Shown here piece after piece: positions 30,694 through 43,396 of a stretch of 64,000 nt of DNA. Source of the DNA: an uncultured Gemmatimonadaceae bacterium (GTDB taxonomy: Bacteria > Gemmatimonadota > Gemmatimonadetes > Gemmatimonadales > Gemmatimonadaceae); NCBI GenBank assembly GCA_963829055.1, contig CAWHHI010000003.1, positions 518,540-582,539 of the forward strand, in the 5' to 3' direction. The notes under the pieces were generated by a model that saw only the letters and a list, made by a program, of their open reading frames with translations, ran no database searches and was not told where the DNA came from. How positions within the stretch are numbered: position 1 is the stretch's first letter; each line of letters opens with the position of its first letter. The position numbers and the translations under genes were made by a program.

Positions 30694-31596
30694 ATGAACA
30701 TGCCATCGATGTATCGTACCGTTCTGTGGTCCTGGCTCACGCTGCCGGCCTGGGCGTCCTTCGCTCTCGCGCAGGGCGCTCAGGGCGGTGCGCGAACCGT
30801 CGACCCCGTATTCACGCGCGCACAGCAAATGGTGACAGCCGGCCAGGACGTCGCGGGTCGCGCTGTGATCGACTCGGTGTTGGCCGTGACCCCGGAAGAC
30901 ACCCCGCGTTATGCAGAGGCGCTGTTCTGGCGCGCGACGTTCAGTAAAACGGCTGCGGCGGCCGAACGGGATTACCGGCGCATCAGCATCGAGTATCCGC
31001 TGTCGCCACGTGCGCAGGAGTCGCTGCTGCGCCTCGCGCAGCTCGAGAAAACGAGAGGCGACCGCGCCAGCGCACGTGTGCATCTCGAGCGTATCCAGCG
31101 CGAGCATCCGACCGGGCCAACGAGTGTGCGCGCGAGTGTCACGCTGGCACAGCTCGCGTTCGATGATGGAGACGCGGTGGCCGCGTGTGCGGCGGTGGCC
31201 GCGGCGCGCGGCGGGCTGACCGCCGCGGACGTCGAGTTGCGCAATCAGGTGGATTATTTCGGTCCGCGATGCGCGAACCTCGCCGCGGCGCCGACCCGCA
31301 ACACCACCGTGGACACTGCCGCATCTCCACCCGCGGCTGCGCGACGAACGCCGCCGCCCGCGGCCGAGACGCGCGAGTACAGCGTTCAGGTCGCGGCGTA
31401 CGACACGCGCGCCGCGGCTGATACGCTGGCCAAACGGCTCGCGGCTCGCGGGTACTCCGTCCGTGTCGCGGGAGACAGCAAACCGTATCGGGTTCGCGTC
31501 GGGCGCTACGCGACACGGGACCGTGCGAACGATGCAGCGCGTCAGATGGCGAAAGCGAACGTGTCCGGTGTCGTCGTCACAGCGGAGCCGCGATGA
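30694..31596 (+). CDS. TPR + SPOR domain protein
   Basis: Signal peptide, TPR-like helices, and C-terminal YSVQVAAY...YRVRVGRY. Confidence 0.85.
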   Translation: MNMPSMYRTVLWSWLTLPAWASFALAQGAQGGARTVDPVFTRAQQMVTAGQDVAGRAVIDSVLAVTPEDTPRYAEALFWRATFSKTAAAAERDYRRISIEYPLSPRAQESLLRLAQLEKTRGDRASARVHLERIQREHPTGPTSVRASVTLAQLAFDDGDAVAACAAVAAARGGLTAADVELRNQVDYFGPRCANLAAAPTRNTTVDTAASPPAAARRTPPPAAETREYSVQVAAYDTRAAADTLAKRLAARGYSVRVAGDSKPYRVRVGRYATRDRANDAARQMAKANVSGVVVTAEPR

Positions 31597-34274
31597 GCCG
31601 CGAGGCCACGCCGCTCATGCAGCAGTACCGGGAGATCAAGTCCCGGCATCAGGATGCCATCCTGCTGTTTCGCATGGGCGACTTCTACGAGATGTTCTAT
31701 GACGATGCCGAGATAGCGTCGCGGCACCTCGGGCTGACGCTGACGGCGCGAAACAACGGCGGTGCCGCAGAGGTGCCGCTCGCGGGCGTGCCGGTGAAGG
31801 CGGTTGGCGAGTACCTTCGCCGGCTCGTGCAGCAGGGGTTTCGCGTCGCGATCTGCGAGCAGGTGGAGGATCCGAAGCTCGCGAAGGGGATCGTGCGTCG
31901 CGAGGTCGTCGAAACGGTCACGCCGGGCGCCGCATTCTCGGATGATCTGCTCGATGGCGCGCGCAACAACTTCCTGTGCGCGGTCCACACGGTGGGCGAT
32001 ACCATCGGGATCGCGGCCGCCGACGTATCGACGGGCGAGTTCCGCCTAACGATGGCGAGTGGCACGGACGCGCCGGCGATGCTGGCGCGGTTCGCACCCC
32101 GCGAGATCCTGATGCCGCGCGGTGGAGCGGATGGGGCGACGTCCGCTCCGCCGCGGGCGGAAGGCGCGCTGGTCACGGAGCGAGATGCCTGGGAGTTCGA
32201 TCCCGCGCTCGCGGCCGACGAGATCGCGCGGCACTTCAATGTGATGTCGATTGGTGGTCTCGGGATCGATCCCGATGCCACGAGCGCGATCGGCGCCGCC
32301 GGCGCGTTGCTGCGTTACCTGCGCGAGCTCCAGCCTGGCGGCGTGCCGCACCTCGCGCGCCCGGTGCTCGAGCGGAGCGGCGGCACGATGCCGCTCGACG
32401 AGATGACGCGGCGCAACCTCGAGCTCGTGGAGTCGCTGCGCGGTGGAGACGCCGCCGGCGCGCGCGGGGCCGAGCTGTCCGGCACGCTGTTAGGCGTGTT
32501 CGACCGTACGCTAACGCCGATGGGCGCACGCCTGATGCGGCGGTGGTTGTTGGCGCCACTCGTGGACCGCGCGGCGATCGACGAGCGGCTCGACGCCGTC
32601 GCGGCGCTCGTCAGCGACTCGCTCGTTCGCGCGTCCGTGCGCTCCGCGCTCGACGGCGTGCGTGACCTCGAGCGCCTCGCCAGCAAGACCGCGGCCGGCC
32701 GGTCGACCCCGCGTGAGCTCCGCGCACTCGGAGACTCCCTCTTGCGGATGCCGGCGGTCGAGCAACCGATGAAGTCGTTAGGCGCGGTGGGCGCGCTCGC
32801 CGGAATCGCCGCACGATGGGACGCGTGTCCCGAGATCGCCGACCTGATCGTCAGCACGCTCGTCGATCGTCCGCCGAACGCGATCGGCGAAGAAGACGCG
32901 ATTCGTCCGGGGGTCGATCCGGATCTCGATGCCCTTCGCGTGCTCCGCAGCGGCGGGAAGGACGCCATCGCCCAGATCCAGGCGGTCGAGCGCGAGCGCA
33001 CGGGCATCACGTCGCTCAAGGTCGGCTACAACCGCGTGTTCGGCTACTACATCGAGATCTCGAACGCGAACCGTCATCTGATCCCGGCGGACTACCAGCG
33101 CCGACAGACGCTCACCGGCGCCGAGCGGTACGTGACGCCGGCGCTCAAGGAGTACGAGGAGCGCGTGCTGACGGCGACGGAGCGCATCGAGGAGCGCGAG
33201 CGCGAGCTCGTCGACGATCTTCGGAGCGTTGTCGGCGCGCAGATCCGGCGGCTCCAGGACGCCGCCGCCGTCGTGGCCGAGCTGGACGTGCTCGCGACGT
33301 TCGCCGAGGTGGCGGAGCGGGAGGGGTACACGCGGCCGGAGATGACGGACGACTTCGCGCTCGAGATCGACGGCGGGCGGCATCCCGTCGTCGAGCGGAT
33401 GATGCCGCGCGAGCAGTTCATACCTAACGACACGCGACTCATCGACGACGCGCGGCTCATCATTCTCACGGGCCCGAACATGGCGGGTAAGTCGACGATC
33501 CTGCGCCAGATCGGGTTGATCGTGCTGATCGCGCAGGTCGGCAGCTTCGTGCCCGCAGCGCATGCGCGCATCGGCATCGTGGACCGCGTGTTCACGCGCG
33601 TCGGCGCGAGCGACAACCTCGTGCGCGGCCAGTCGACGTTCATGGTCGAGATGGCGGAGACGAGCGCGATCCTGCATACGGCCACGCGGCGGAGCCTCGT
33701 CCTGCTCGACGAAATCGGTCGCGGGACCTCGACGTACGACGGCGTGTCGATCGCCTGGGCCGTGAGCGAGCACCTTCACGACCGGCTTGGCTGCAAGACC
33801 GTGTTCGCCACGCACTATCACGAGCTGACGCAGCTCGCGGACGAATTAGACGCAGTGCGAAACTATAACGTCGCCGTGCGTGAGGTGGCCGGCCCGAACG
33901 GTGCTGCCCCGCAAGTGTTATTTCTGCATCGCCTGCAGCCCGGCGGCGCGGACCGTTCGTACGGCATCGAAGTCGGCCGGCTGGCCGGGTTGCCGGCGCC
34001 GGTGTTAGCGCGCGCCCGCGAGGTGCTCGCGCTGCTCGAGGGGGAAGGCGCGCAGATGGCGTCGGCGCTCGCGCCGAAGGCCGGACTCTCGCCGTCGACT
34101 CGACCCGGTCCACGGCCGCAGCCGCCCGCTCTCCCCTCGCCCCAACTCGCCCTCTTCAGCGCGCCGCATCCGGTTGTCGAGCGGTTGCGCGAGTTGGACG
34201 TGAACACGATGACCCCGCTGCAGGCGCTCGAACTGCTGGCTCGGCTCGCTGACGACGCGCGTGGACACGCGTGA
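31593..34274 (+). CDS. mutS: DNA mismatch repair protein MutS
   Basis: TPLMQQY, FRMGDFYEMF, TGPNMAGKST, STFMVEM, DEIGRGTST, FATHYHEL and SYGIEV. Confidence 0.98.
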   Translation: MSREATPLMQQYREIKSRHQDAILLFRMGDFYEMFYDDAEIASRHLGLTLTARNNGGAAEVPLAGVPVKAVGEYLRRLVQQGFRVAICEQVEDPKLAKGIVRREVVETVTPGAAFSDDLLDGARNNFLCAVHTVGDTIGIAAADVSTGEFRLTMASGTDAPAMLARFAPREILMPRGGADGATSAPPRAEGALVTERDAWEFDPALAADEIARHFNVMSIGGLGIDPDATSAIGAAGALLRYLRELQPGGVPHLARPVLERSGGTMPLDEMTRRNLELVESLRGGDAAGARGAELSGTLLGVFDRTLTPMGARLMRRWLLAPLVDRAAIDERLDAVAALVSDSLVRASVRSALDGVRDLERLASKTAAGRSTPRELRALGDSLLRMPAVEQPMKSLGAVGALAGIAARWDACPEIADLIVSTLVDRPPNAIGEEDAIRPGVDPDLDALRVLRSGGKDAIAQIQAVERERTGITSLKVGYNRVFGYYIEISNANRHLIPADYQRRQTLTGAERYVTPALKEYEERVLTATERIEERERELVDDLRSVVGAQIRRLQDAAAVVAELDVLATFAEVAEREGYTRPEMTDDFALEIDGGRHPVVERMMPREQFIPNDTRLIDDARLIILTGPNMAGKSTILRQIGLIVLIAQVGSFVPAAHARIGIVDRVFTRVGASDNLVRGQSTFMVEMAETSAILHTATRRSLVLLDEIGRGTSTYDGVSIAWAVSEHLHDRLGCKTVFATHYHELTQLADELDAVRNYNVAVREVAGPNGAAPQVLFLHRLQPGGADRSYGIEVGRLAGLPAPVLARAREVLALLEGEGAQMASALAPKAGLSPSTRPGPRPQPPALPSPQLALFSAPHPVVERLRELDVNTMTPLQALELLARLADDARGHA

Positions 34275-34735
34275 TGCGGACGAGGCGGTTGTCCGCGACG
34301 TCGGTCCTGTTCACGGTCGGCGTGCTCGGACCGCTCGTCGGGTCTCTCGGCTGCATCGACAAGAAGGACGCGAAGAAGCTCATCGAGGCGCTCCAGACCA
34401 GCGCCGTGCCCGACTCACTGCCGGCGATGCAGAACCGCGAGCTACCGTTCAAGTATCCGCCGGAGCTGTACACGCAGAAGGTGCAGGGCAACGTGACCCT
34501 GCGCATTCACATCGACACGTCCGGGCGCGTGCAACCTGAATCCACGACAGTCGTGCAGACGTCGGGATATCCGGCACTCGATTCCGCTGCAGTGAGCGGC
34601 GCGCGCGCGCTGCATTTCAAACCGGCGATCACGAAGGGTGCTCCACTGGCGATCTCGGTGTTGTTCCCCGTCTATTTTCGCCACCCAGAAGCGCCGCCGT
34701 TGCCGGGAGACACGGTGCTCAAACGAAGAGACTAG
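34271..34735 (+). CDS. TonB C-terminal domain lipoprotein
   Basis: YPPELYTQKVQGNV...SGYPALDSAAV...FKPA. Confidence 0.85.
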   Translation: MMRTRRLSATSVLFTVGVLGPLVGSLGCIDKKDAKKLIEALQTSAVPDSLPAMQNRELPFKYPPELYTQKVQGNVTLRIHIDTSGRVQPESTTVVQTSGYPALDSAAVSGARALHFKPAITKGAPLAISVLFPVYFRHPEAPPLPGDTVLKRRD

Positions 34736-34742
34736 GTCAGTC

Positions 34743-37271
<2,529 letters not shown>

Positions 37272-37272
<1 letters not shown>

Positions 37273-37931
37273 TGCCCCCTACGCCCGTCCTGACCGCCGC
37301 ACTCGCCGGTGTACCGTCCGGAATTCAGTCGCAGGGTGTCTGGCAGGGACGCCGGCAATTGTTCGTGCGATTTGCCGGAGAGGCCGAGACGGCGACGATG
37401 TACCGTGCTGACGCGCTCGCTCGGGAAATTGACCGCATCCTCACGCGATCTTCGTATCACTCCATCGCGATCTCGGGACGCGACGCGCTCGGCAACCCCG
37501 AATTTCTGGCGGGAGTGCTCGGCCAGGTGACGGCCAAAACGCCCGTGATGGTGGATACCGATGGCGAGCGGCCCGAGTCGATCACGCAGCTCAAGCAGTG
37601 GCTCAAGCTCGTGCAGGTCACGCTCGAGCTTTCGTCCAACGCGCGTCCCGTGGACCGTCCGTTGGAGACGCTTCGCGAGGCAGCAGCAGCCGGTTGCGAT
37701 CACGCTTTAGTGTTGATGGCGCGCGACGATTCGAGTGACGGACAACTCATTCGGATCGTCGAGCAGGCACATACGGCGAGCGCCGGCACAATGATTGTGG
37801 TGCATCCTGGCCCCGCCGGTGAGCGCCCGACATTGGATCGGCGGTGGGCGACCCTGATCGAGCAGTCGATCGCGATTCACGGGGATACTCGCCTCGCGTT
37901 GCGGATCCCGGGACCAGCGGCGCTGCGATAG
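37272..37931 (+). CDS. QueE-like protein lacking the radical-SAM CxxxCxxC motif
   Basis: SGIQSQGVWQGRRQLFVRFAG mirrors the QueE SIQGEG..G....FVR.AG motif. ISGRDA sits at the TGGEP position and VDTDG at the IETNG position. There are no clustered Cys residues. Confidence 0.65.
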
Positions 37932-38118
37932 AGGGTTCGCGTCGGGCGAGCCAGATTGAATCAGCACGAAGGAAGTCGCCGCAACTCTCAGTCGGCAACG
38001 AGAGAACGTCGTCGGGCGTAGACCGAGAGCCCCCGCGTTCCGGAACACACGGTTGCGGCGAATTGTATAGTTGTGGTTCTCAGTCACGCCGTATATTGCT
38101 GCAGTAGCAGGCCCCCGT

Positions 38119-39048
38119 ATGTCCTACCAGATAGCCGACGACACCGAGACCCCAAGGCTCACCCCGGCGGTGCAGTGGCTGATCGCGATCAACGTCGCGA
38201 TCTACTTCCTGCAGTTGACGGTAGTGCGCCCGGCCGATGTTCAGCAGACGCTCGGCTTCGAGGTCCATGACCTCGGTCGGTCGTGGTGGACGATCGCGAC
38301 ATACATGTTCGTGCACGGCGGGTTCTGGCATCTCGCCCTGAACATGTACACGCTCTACCTGTTCGGGCCTCGCCTCGAGCGGGCGTGGAGCGGCGGTGAG
38401 TTCGCCCGCTACTACGTCCTCTGCGGCCTCGGCGGTTGGTTCGCGCATCTGCTGTTCGCGCGTAACGCCATTCTGTTCGGCGCTTCCGCCGCGGTGCTCG
38501 GCGTCATGCTCGCGTACGCCATGCGGTGGCCGGACGACGAAGTCTATCTGTTCGGCGTGATGCCGCTGCGCGTGAAGTGGACGGTCGCGATGCTGGCGTC
38601 AGTCATCCTCGTTGCTGGCATGGCCGGGACCGAGATCGCGGGGACGGATCGCCTCACGGGCGTCGCGTATCTCGCGCATCTGGGCGGGCTGGCAGCCGGC
38701 TGGCTGTATCTCAGGACGTCGTCGGCGACGAGTCTCGATCGGCTGAAGCAGCGGGTCTCTCAGATTCCCGACGTGCCCGATGAGACGCCACGTCCGATTC
38801 CGAGGCTCCCGCGGTCGCGGGAAAAAGTGCAGGAGGTCGACGACATCGTGGCGAAGAGCAAAGCCGCGGTCGCCCGACGACAAGCCAGCGCGCCGCCGAC
38901 ACCGAGTCCGAAGCTCGTGCCGAAGCGGCCGGACGAACAACTCGACGTGGTGCTCGACAAGATTTCCGAGTACGGGCTCGACAGTCTCACGAGCGACGAG
39001 CGTCGGATTCTCGAAGAAATGTCCAGAAAGCTCAAAGACCGCGACTAG
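38119..39048 (+). CDS. Rhomboid intramembrane protease with C-terminal helical domain (DUF6576-like)
   Basis: TYMFVHGGFWHLALNM, GASA and AHLGG; LDKISEYGLDSLT. Confidence 0.92.
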   Translation: MSYQIADDTETPRLTPAVQWLIAINVAIYFLQLTVVRPADVQQTLGFEVHDLGRSWWTIATYMFVHGGFWHLALNMYTLYLFGPRLERAWSGGEFARYYVLCGLGGWFAHLLFARNAILFGASAAVLGVMLAYAMRWPDDEVYLFGVMPLRVKWTVAMLASVILVAGMAGTEIAGTDRLTGVAYLAHLGGLAAGWLYLRTSSATSLDRLKQRVSQIPDVPDETPRPIPRLPRSREKVQEVDDIVAKSKAAVARRQASAPPTPSPKLVPKRPDEQLDVVLDKISEYGLDSLTSDERRILEEMSRKLKDRD

Positions 39049-39117
39049 GACAGCGAGAAGCTGGTGGCTGGGTGAACGGCGCTGAGCGCTGCGTTGACCA
39101 GCGCTGAGGCATTACCA

Positions 39118-39171
39118 GAAAACACAAACCGCCGAGACGCGAATTTCTCGCATCTCGGCGGTTGTGTTTTC
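39118..39171. terminator. Strong bidirectional terminator-like hairpin
   Basis: GAAAACACAAACCGCCGAGA...TCTCGGCGGTTGTGTTTTC. Confidence 0.75.
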
Positions 39172-39458
39172 TTCCGGAAAGAAGAGCCCCCCGGACGTGC
39201 CGGGGGGCAGGTGCCGCCACGCCGTTCTCGCGGCGGCGTTGGCCAGTGCAAAGCGCACCGGCTCCTGTTCCCAACCTACGACGCGGTACAGATCGTGTCC
39301 ATAGTCGCGGGGATGAGCTTTGGCCTTACTTGGGCTGCCTCTCGTGTTGCACCGTCATGTATGCGACGCGCCTAGCGCACACGTCGTCACGCGCGCGATC
39401 CCCGCTGCCGCATAGCGCAGCCTTTGCCCGCGACTCGTGGCCCGTGCATTCTTCGCCC

Positions 39459-39875
39459 ATGCCACAACCAGAACTCCTCGAAACGTTTCCGAATCCGTAT
39501 CCCGACCGGGACTACGAGATCGACATGACGTGTCCCGAGTTCACGTCGCTGTGTCCGCTAGGCGGAGTGGAGAGCGACGCGAGCGAGCTCGCGCTGCTCA
39601 AGGGCGGCGCGCCGGATTTCGGGACGATCATCATCACGTACGTACCGGGCGACGTGTGCCTCGAGCTCAAAAGCCTCAAGCTCTACCTCTGGAGCTTCCG
39701 CAACGACGGCATCTTCTACGAGCGCGCGGTGAACCGCATTCTCGATGATCTGAGCGCGTGCGCCAAGCCGCGATGGATGGAGGTCGTCGGCGATTTCAAC
39801 ATCCGCGGCGGGATAAAGTCGGTCATTCGCGCACGAGTCGGGAATCGGGAATCGGGAATCGGGAATCGGGAATAG
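39459..39875 (+). CDS. queF: preQ0 reductase (QueF type I)
   Basis: [15 protein letters not shown]...[18 protein letters not shown] and FNIRGGI. Confidence 0.93.
   Translation: MPQPELLETFPNPYPDRDYEIDMTCPEFTSLCPLGGVESDASELALLKGGAPDFGTIIITYVPGDVCLELKSLKLYLWSFRNDGIFYERAVNRILDDLSACAKPRWMEVVGDFNIRGGIKSVIRARVGNRESGIGNRE
39840..39873 (+). repeat. GGGAATC heptamer tandem repeat (4 units + GGGAAT) at the 3' end of queF
   Basis: (GGGAATC)x4 GGGAAT, followed by degenerate units to about 39900. Confidence 0.95.
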
Positions 39876-40074
39876 AACCGAGGGATCGGGGAACTGGGAA
39901 CCGAGCCTAAACACCGGAACGAATCGCCGAGATCGGATCCGGTCTCCTCTCGTTAGGCTTCGGCGACGGCAGAACTGCTGAAACGACGTCGCATGCCGTT
40001 GCCACAGAGTGGCATCTCCCCTTGCGTCGTCAGGGAAGCGGTTGTAGCCTTCCCTTATCAGACAAGGGGAACGC

Positions 40075-40422
40075 ATGGGCGACACCGAGCTGAACGTGTT
40101 TCGCAGCAGCCTCGATCTCGTGATCCTGAAGGCGCTGAGCTGGGGTCCCAGGCACGGGTATGCGGTGGCAGAGTGGATCGATCAGGCGACGAGCGCCACG
40201 ATCCTCATTGAAGAAGGGACGCTGTACCCCGCGCTCCACCGCCTGGAGCGAAAGCGGTGGGTGGACACCGAGTGGGGCGTGTCCGAGAACAACCGCCGCG
40301 CGAAGTTCTATCGCCTAACGCCCGCCGGACGCGCGCAACTCCGCAGCGAGACACCAACGTGGCTCAGGCACGCCGAGGCGATCGCGCGGGCACTCCGGGC
40401 GACTGTGCCGGAGATGGCATAG
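40075..40422 (+). CDS. PadR-family regulator (acidobacterial ADOP-associated type)
   Basis: LDLVILKAL..GPRHGY, EEGTLYPALHRLE and WGVSENNRRAKFYRLT. Confidence 0.93.
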   Translation: MGDTELNVFRSSLDLVILKALSWGPRHGYAVAEWIDQATSATILIEEGTLYPALHRLERKRWVDTEWGVSENNRRAKFYRLTPAGRAQLRSETPTWLRHAEAIARALRATVPEMA

Positions 40423-40431
40423 GAGGTGTTC

Positions 40432-43101
40432 ATGCGCGACCGGTCATCGGGATTCCGTCGCTGGCTACGACTTCCACGAAGCCGCGCGCGTGCAGCCCGT
40501 GACGTGAACGACGAGATCGCGTTTCACCTCGCCATGCGCGAGGAGAAGCTGCGGGCGGCCGGGCTCCCGAGCGACGAGGCTGCTCGTCGTGCGCGCGAGC
40601 GCTTCGGCGATGCCCGTGTCGTAGCGGAGCGGTGCGTAGAGATCGATGTCGACACGATTCGCGCGGAACGACGGGAGGACGTCATGAGCTCACTCTGGCA
40701 GGATGCACGGTACGCCGTGCGGGCCCTCCGACGCACGCCGGTGTTCACCATTACGGCGCTGGCGACGTTAGCGTTAGGCATCGGGGCGACGACGGCCGTA
40801 TTCAGTGTCGTCTACGGTGTCCTGCTCCGCCCGTTGCCTTACGCCGATCCCGACCGGCTCGTGCAGATCTGGGAGCAGTCGACGCGGACGGGCGACGAGA
40901 AGAATCCCGTGTCGGTCCTCAACTATCAGGACTGGACGACGCAGACGCGCGCGTTCAGCGCGATGGCCGCGTACGCCTACAACCGCTACACACTGAGCGG
41001 TCGAGGGGATGCGGAGTCGGTGCAGGGTTCGCAACTGTACGGGAACGCATTCGGCGTCCTCGGCGTGAAGCCGCTCGCAGGCCGGCCTATTACCAGCGAG
41101 GACGCGCGACAGGACGTCGTGGTTCTGAGTGAGGGGCTCTGGCGGCGTCGGTACGGCGCCGACCCGTCGATCCTCGGGACGTCCATCCGCATGAACGGCG
41201 AGCCGTACACGGTCGTCGGGATCATGCCCGCGAGCTTCAGCTTTCCCCGATCGGACGTCGAGCTCTGGACCGGGTATCGGACGATCCTCACCGATCCGGA
41301 CTGGGGCGAGTCGCGGGGCCGTCGGTTTCAACGCGTGATCGCGCGTCTCAAGCCGGGCGTGAGCATCTCGGCGGCCGCGGCGGACGTAGACGGGGTCGCG
41401 AAGCGTCTGGCAAAACAGTATCCGGACGACAACGCTGGTGGGGGTGCGGCGGTCGTCTCGCTTCGCGAGCAGCTGGTGGGCGATTCGCAGCGCGCCGTGC
41501 TGGTGCTATTCGGTGCGGTGGCGTGTGTGCTTCTCATTGCGTGCGCGAACGTCGCGCATCTGTTGCTCGCGCGGACCGCCGCGCGGGAGCGCGAGCTCGC
41601 GGTGCGCGCGGCGTTAGGCGCCGTCCGCGGCCGGCTGGTGCGACAACTCTTAACGGAAAGCGTAGTTCTCGCGGCTGGTGGCGGGATCCTTGGCGCCGGG
41701 CTCGCGTACGTGTGCGTGTCGGCATTGCGGGCGTCCGACATGGAAGCGGTGCCGCGGATCGACGCCGTCCGGGTCGACGGCTGGGCGTTCGCGTTCTGCG
41801 CGCTCGCGGTCGTGCTGACAGCGGCGCTAGTGGGTCTCGTTCCCGCGCTCCGGGCAACGCATCGCGGTCTGGCCGAGTCGGTTCGGGGTGGCGGCAGGGA
41901 CGTGGGTGGTGGCAAGCGACAGCGGACTACGCAGGGAACGCTCGTTACCGTGGAAGTCGGGCTGTCGCTCGTGCTGCTCATTGGCGCCGGGCTCCTGCTC
42001 CGAAGCTTCGACCGCCTGCGGCAGGTCGACGCGGGCGTGGATCCGCACGGTGTCGCGACGATGCTGATCGTCGCGCCGCCGGCGCGGTACACGACTCCGG
42101 AGAAGCGCAACGCGTTCTTCGATGACGTGACGGCACGTGTTGCAGCGTTGCCGGGTGTTCAGGCTGTCGGGCTGTGCGATTGTCTGCCGCCGAACCAGGT
42201 GCGGTCGACGACGTCACTGTTCATCGACGGGGGGCCGCGCGAGACCCGCGATCTGCCGCTCGTGAACGCCGTGCACGCCGGCGCGAACTACTTCGGCGCG
42301 TTGCGCATCGCGATCGTCACAGGTCGTGCGTTCACGAGCGCCGACCGACTGGGTGCGGCGCCCGTGGTCGTCGTCAACCGGGCGCTGGCCGTGAAGCTGC
42401 TCGGCGCCACCAAGACCGGAACGGAAGCGTTAGGCAAGCGCGTGTCGTTGAACGGGACCACCTGGCGGACGGTGGTGGGGGTCGTGGCCGATGTCCACTA
42501 CGAGGGGTTGGCGGCCGCGGTCATGCCGGCGGTGTATACGCCGGTGGCGCAGGATCCGGAGCCCGGCCAGAATCTCATGGTACGCACCGCGGGTGAGCCG
42601 ATGGCCGTGGTGCCGGCTGTTCGCCGGATCATCGCCGGCATCGATCCGGAGGTCGCGCCGTCGTACGTGGCATCACTCGACGCGGCGATGGCGGAATCAC
42701 TCACCACCGAGCGCTTCACGACGCTGTTGTTAGGCGCCTTCGCCGCCGTGGCGTTCGTGCTCGCCGCCGTCGGGATCTACGGGGTCGTCGCGTACGGCGT
42801 CGCGCAGCGCCGTCGCGAGATGGGTGTGCGGATCGCGCTCGGGGCGCGTGGTGCCGACGTGGTACGCATGGTGGTAGGGCGCTCGCTCAGGCCGGTGCTC
42901 GTCGGCGTCGCGATCGGGCTCGCGGTTGCAGTCGCGTCGGCGCGCGTGCTTCAGGGCATGCTGTACGGAACGAGCGTGCACGAACCGGCAGTGTACGCGA
43001 TCGTGAGTGTCGCGCTGATCGCGGTCGGGGCGGCGGCGGCGTGGATGCCCGGGCGTCGCGCAGCGTCGGCCGATCCGATGGTGGCGCTGCGCGGGGACTA
43101 G
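40432..43101 (+). CDS. ADOP-family duplicated ABC permease (MacB/FtsX-like)
   Basis: EIAFHL, QDARYAVR, LALGIGATTAVFS, LLIACANVA, RRREMGVRIALGA and DPMVALR. Confidence 0.93.
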   Translation: MRDRSSGFRRWLRLPRSRARAARDVNDEIAFHLAMREEKLRAAGLPSDEAARRARERFGDARVVAERCVEIDVDTIRAERREDVMSSLWQDARYAVRALRRTPVFTITALATLALGIGATTAVFSVVYGVLLRPLPYADPDRLVQIWEQSTRTGDEKNPVSVLNYQDWTTQTRAFSAMAAYAYNRYTLSGRGDAESVQGSQLYGNAFGVLGVKPLAGRPITSEDARQDVVVLSEGLWRRRYGADPSILGTSIRMNGEPYTVVGIMPASFSFPRSDVELWTGYRTILTDPDWGESRGRRFQRVIARLKPGVSISAAAADVDGVAKRLAKQYPDDNAGGGAAVVSLREQLVGDSQRAVLVLFGAVACVLLIACANVAHLLLARTAARERELAVRAALGAVRGRLVRQLLTESVVLAAGGGILGAGLAYVCVSALRASDMEAVPRIDAVRVDGWAFAFCALAVVLTAALVGLVPALRATHRGLAESVRGGGRDVGGGKRQRTTQGTLVTVEVGLSLVLLIGAGLLLRSFDRLRQVDAGVDPHGVATMLIVAPPARYTTPEKRNAFFDDVTARVAALPGVQAVGLCDCLPPNQVRSTTSLFIDGGPRETRDLPLVNAVHAGANYFGALRIAIVTGRAFTSADRLGAAPVVVVNRALAVKLLGATKTGTEALGKRVSLNGTTWRTVVGVVADVHYEGLAAAVMPAVYTPVAQDPEPGQNLMVRTAGEPMAVVPAVRRIIAGIDPEVAPSYVASLDAAMAESLTTERFTTLLLGAFAAVAFVLAAVGIYGVVAYGVAQRRREMGVRIALGARGADVVRMVVGRSLRPVLVGVAIGLAVAVASARVLQGMLYGTSVHEPAVYAIVSVALIAVGAAAAWMPGRRAASADPMVALRGD

Positions 43102-43396
43102 CGGGCGTCTGACACGCGATCCACTAGCGCGATGCTCGCACGCCCATCGGATCGAACGAAAAACAGCCGGATCCGGCTCTGCATTCACACATGGTCGCGC
43201 CAGGGCCGTTGGGAACTACGATGACGCGGACGAAACGGAAAACGCAGGATAATGCTCGGTCGATCCAGTCCTTCTCGCAACGAGCCGGGAATTTTTTGGG
43301 GACGGCCGCTCGGGACGCAGGGGTCTCCCGAGCGGCGATCCCATTTCAATCAAGGTCCAGCGACGGCCAGCGCCGATGCAAAGCAGGATCCGGCAG

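Noticed and set aside
32778..33821. Long antisense ORFs over mutS (and similar ones over the TonB receptor and ADOP genes)
   Set aside because: Expected shadow ORFs from GC-rich codon bias.
39168..39210. SRP RNA or 6S RNA (TCCGGAAAGAAGAGC; CGGCAC...GGGG on the minus strand)
   Set aside because: Lacks the SRP CAGG...AGCAG internal loop and the end-to-end rod required for 6S.
39350..39458. preQ1 riboswitch directly upstream of queF
   Set aside because: No preQ1-I stem plus A-rich tail consensus is visible.
39901..39963. GCCTAA...GTTAGGC hairpin as an integron attC site
   Set aside because: Single, short, with an imperfect inverse core; no integron integrase or cassette array; the core motif is abundant window-wide anyway.
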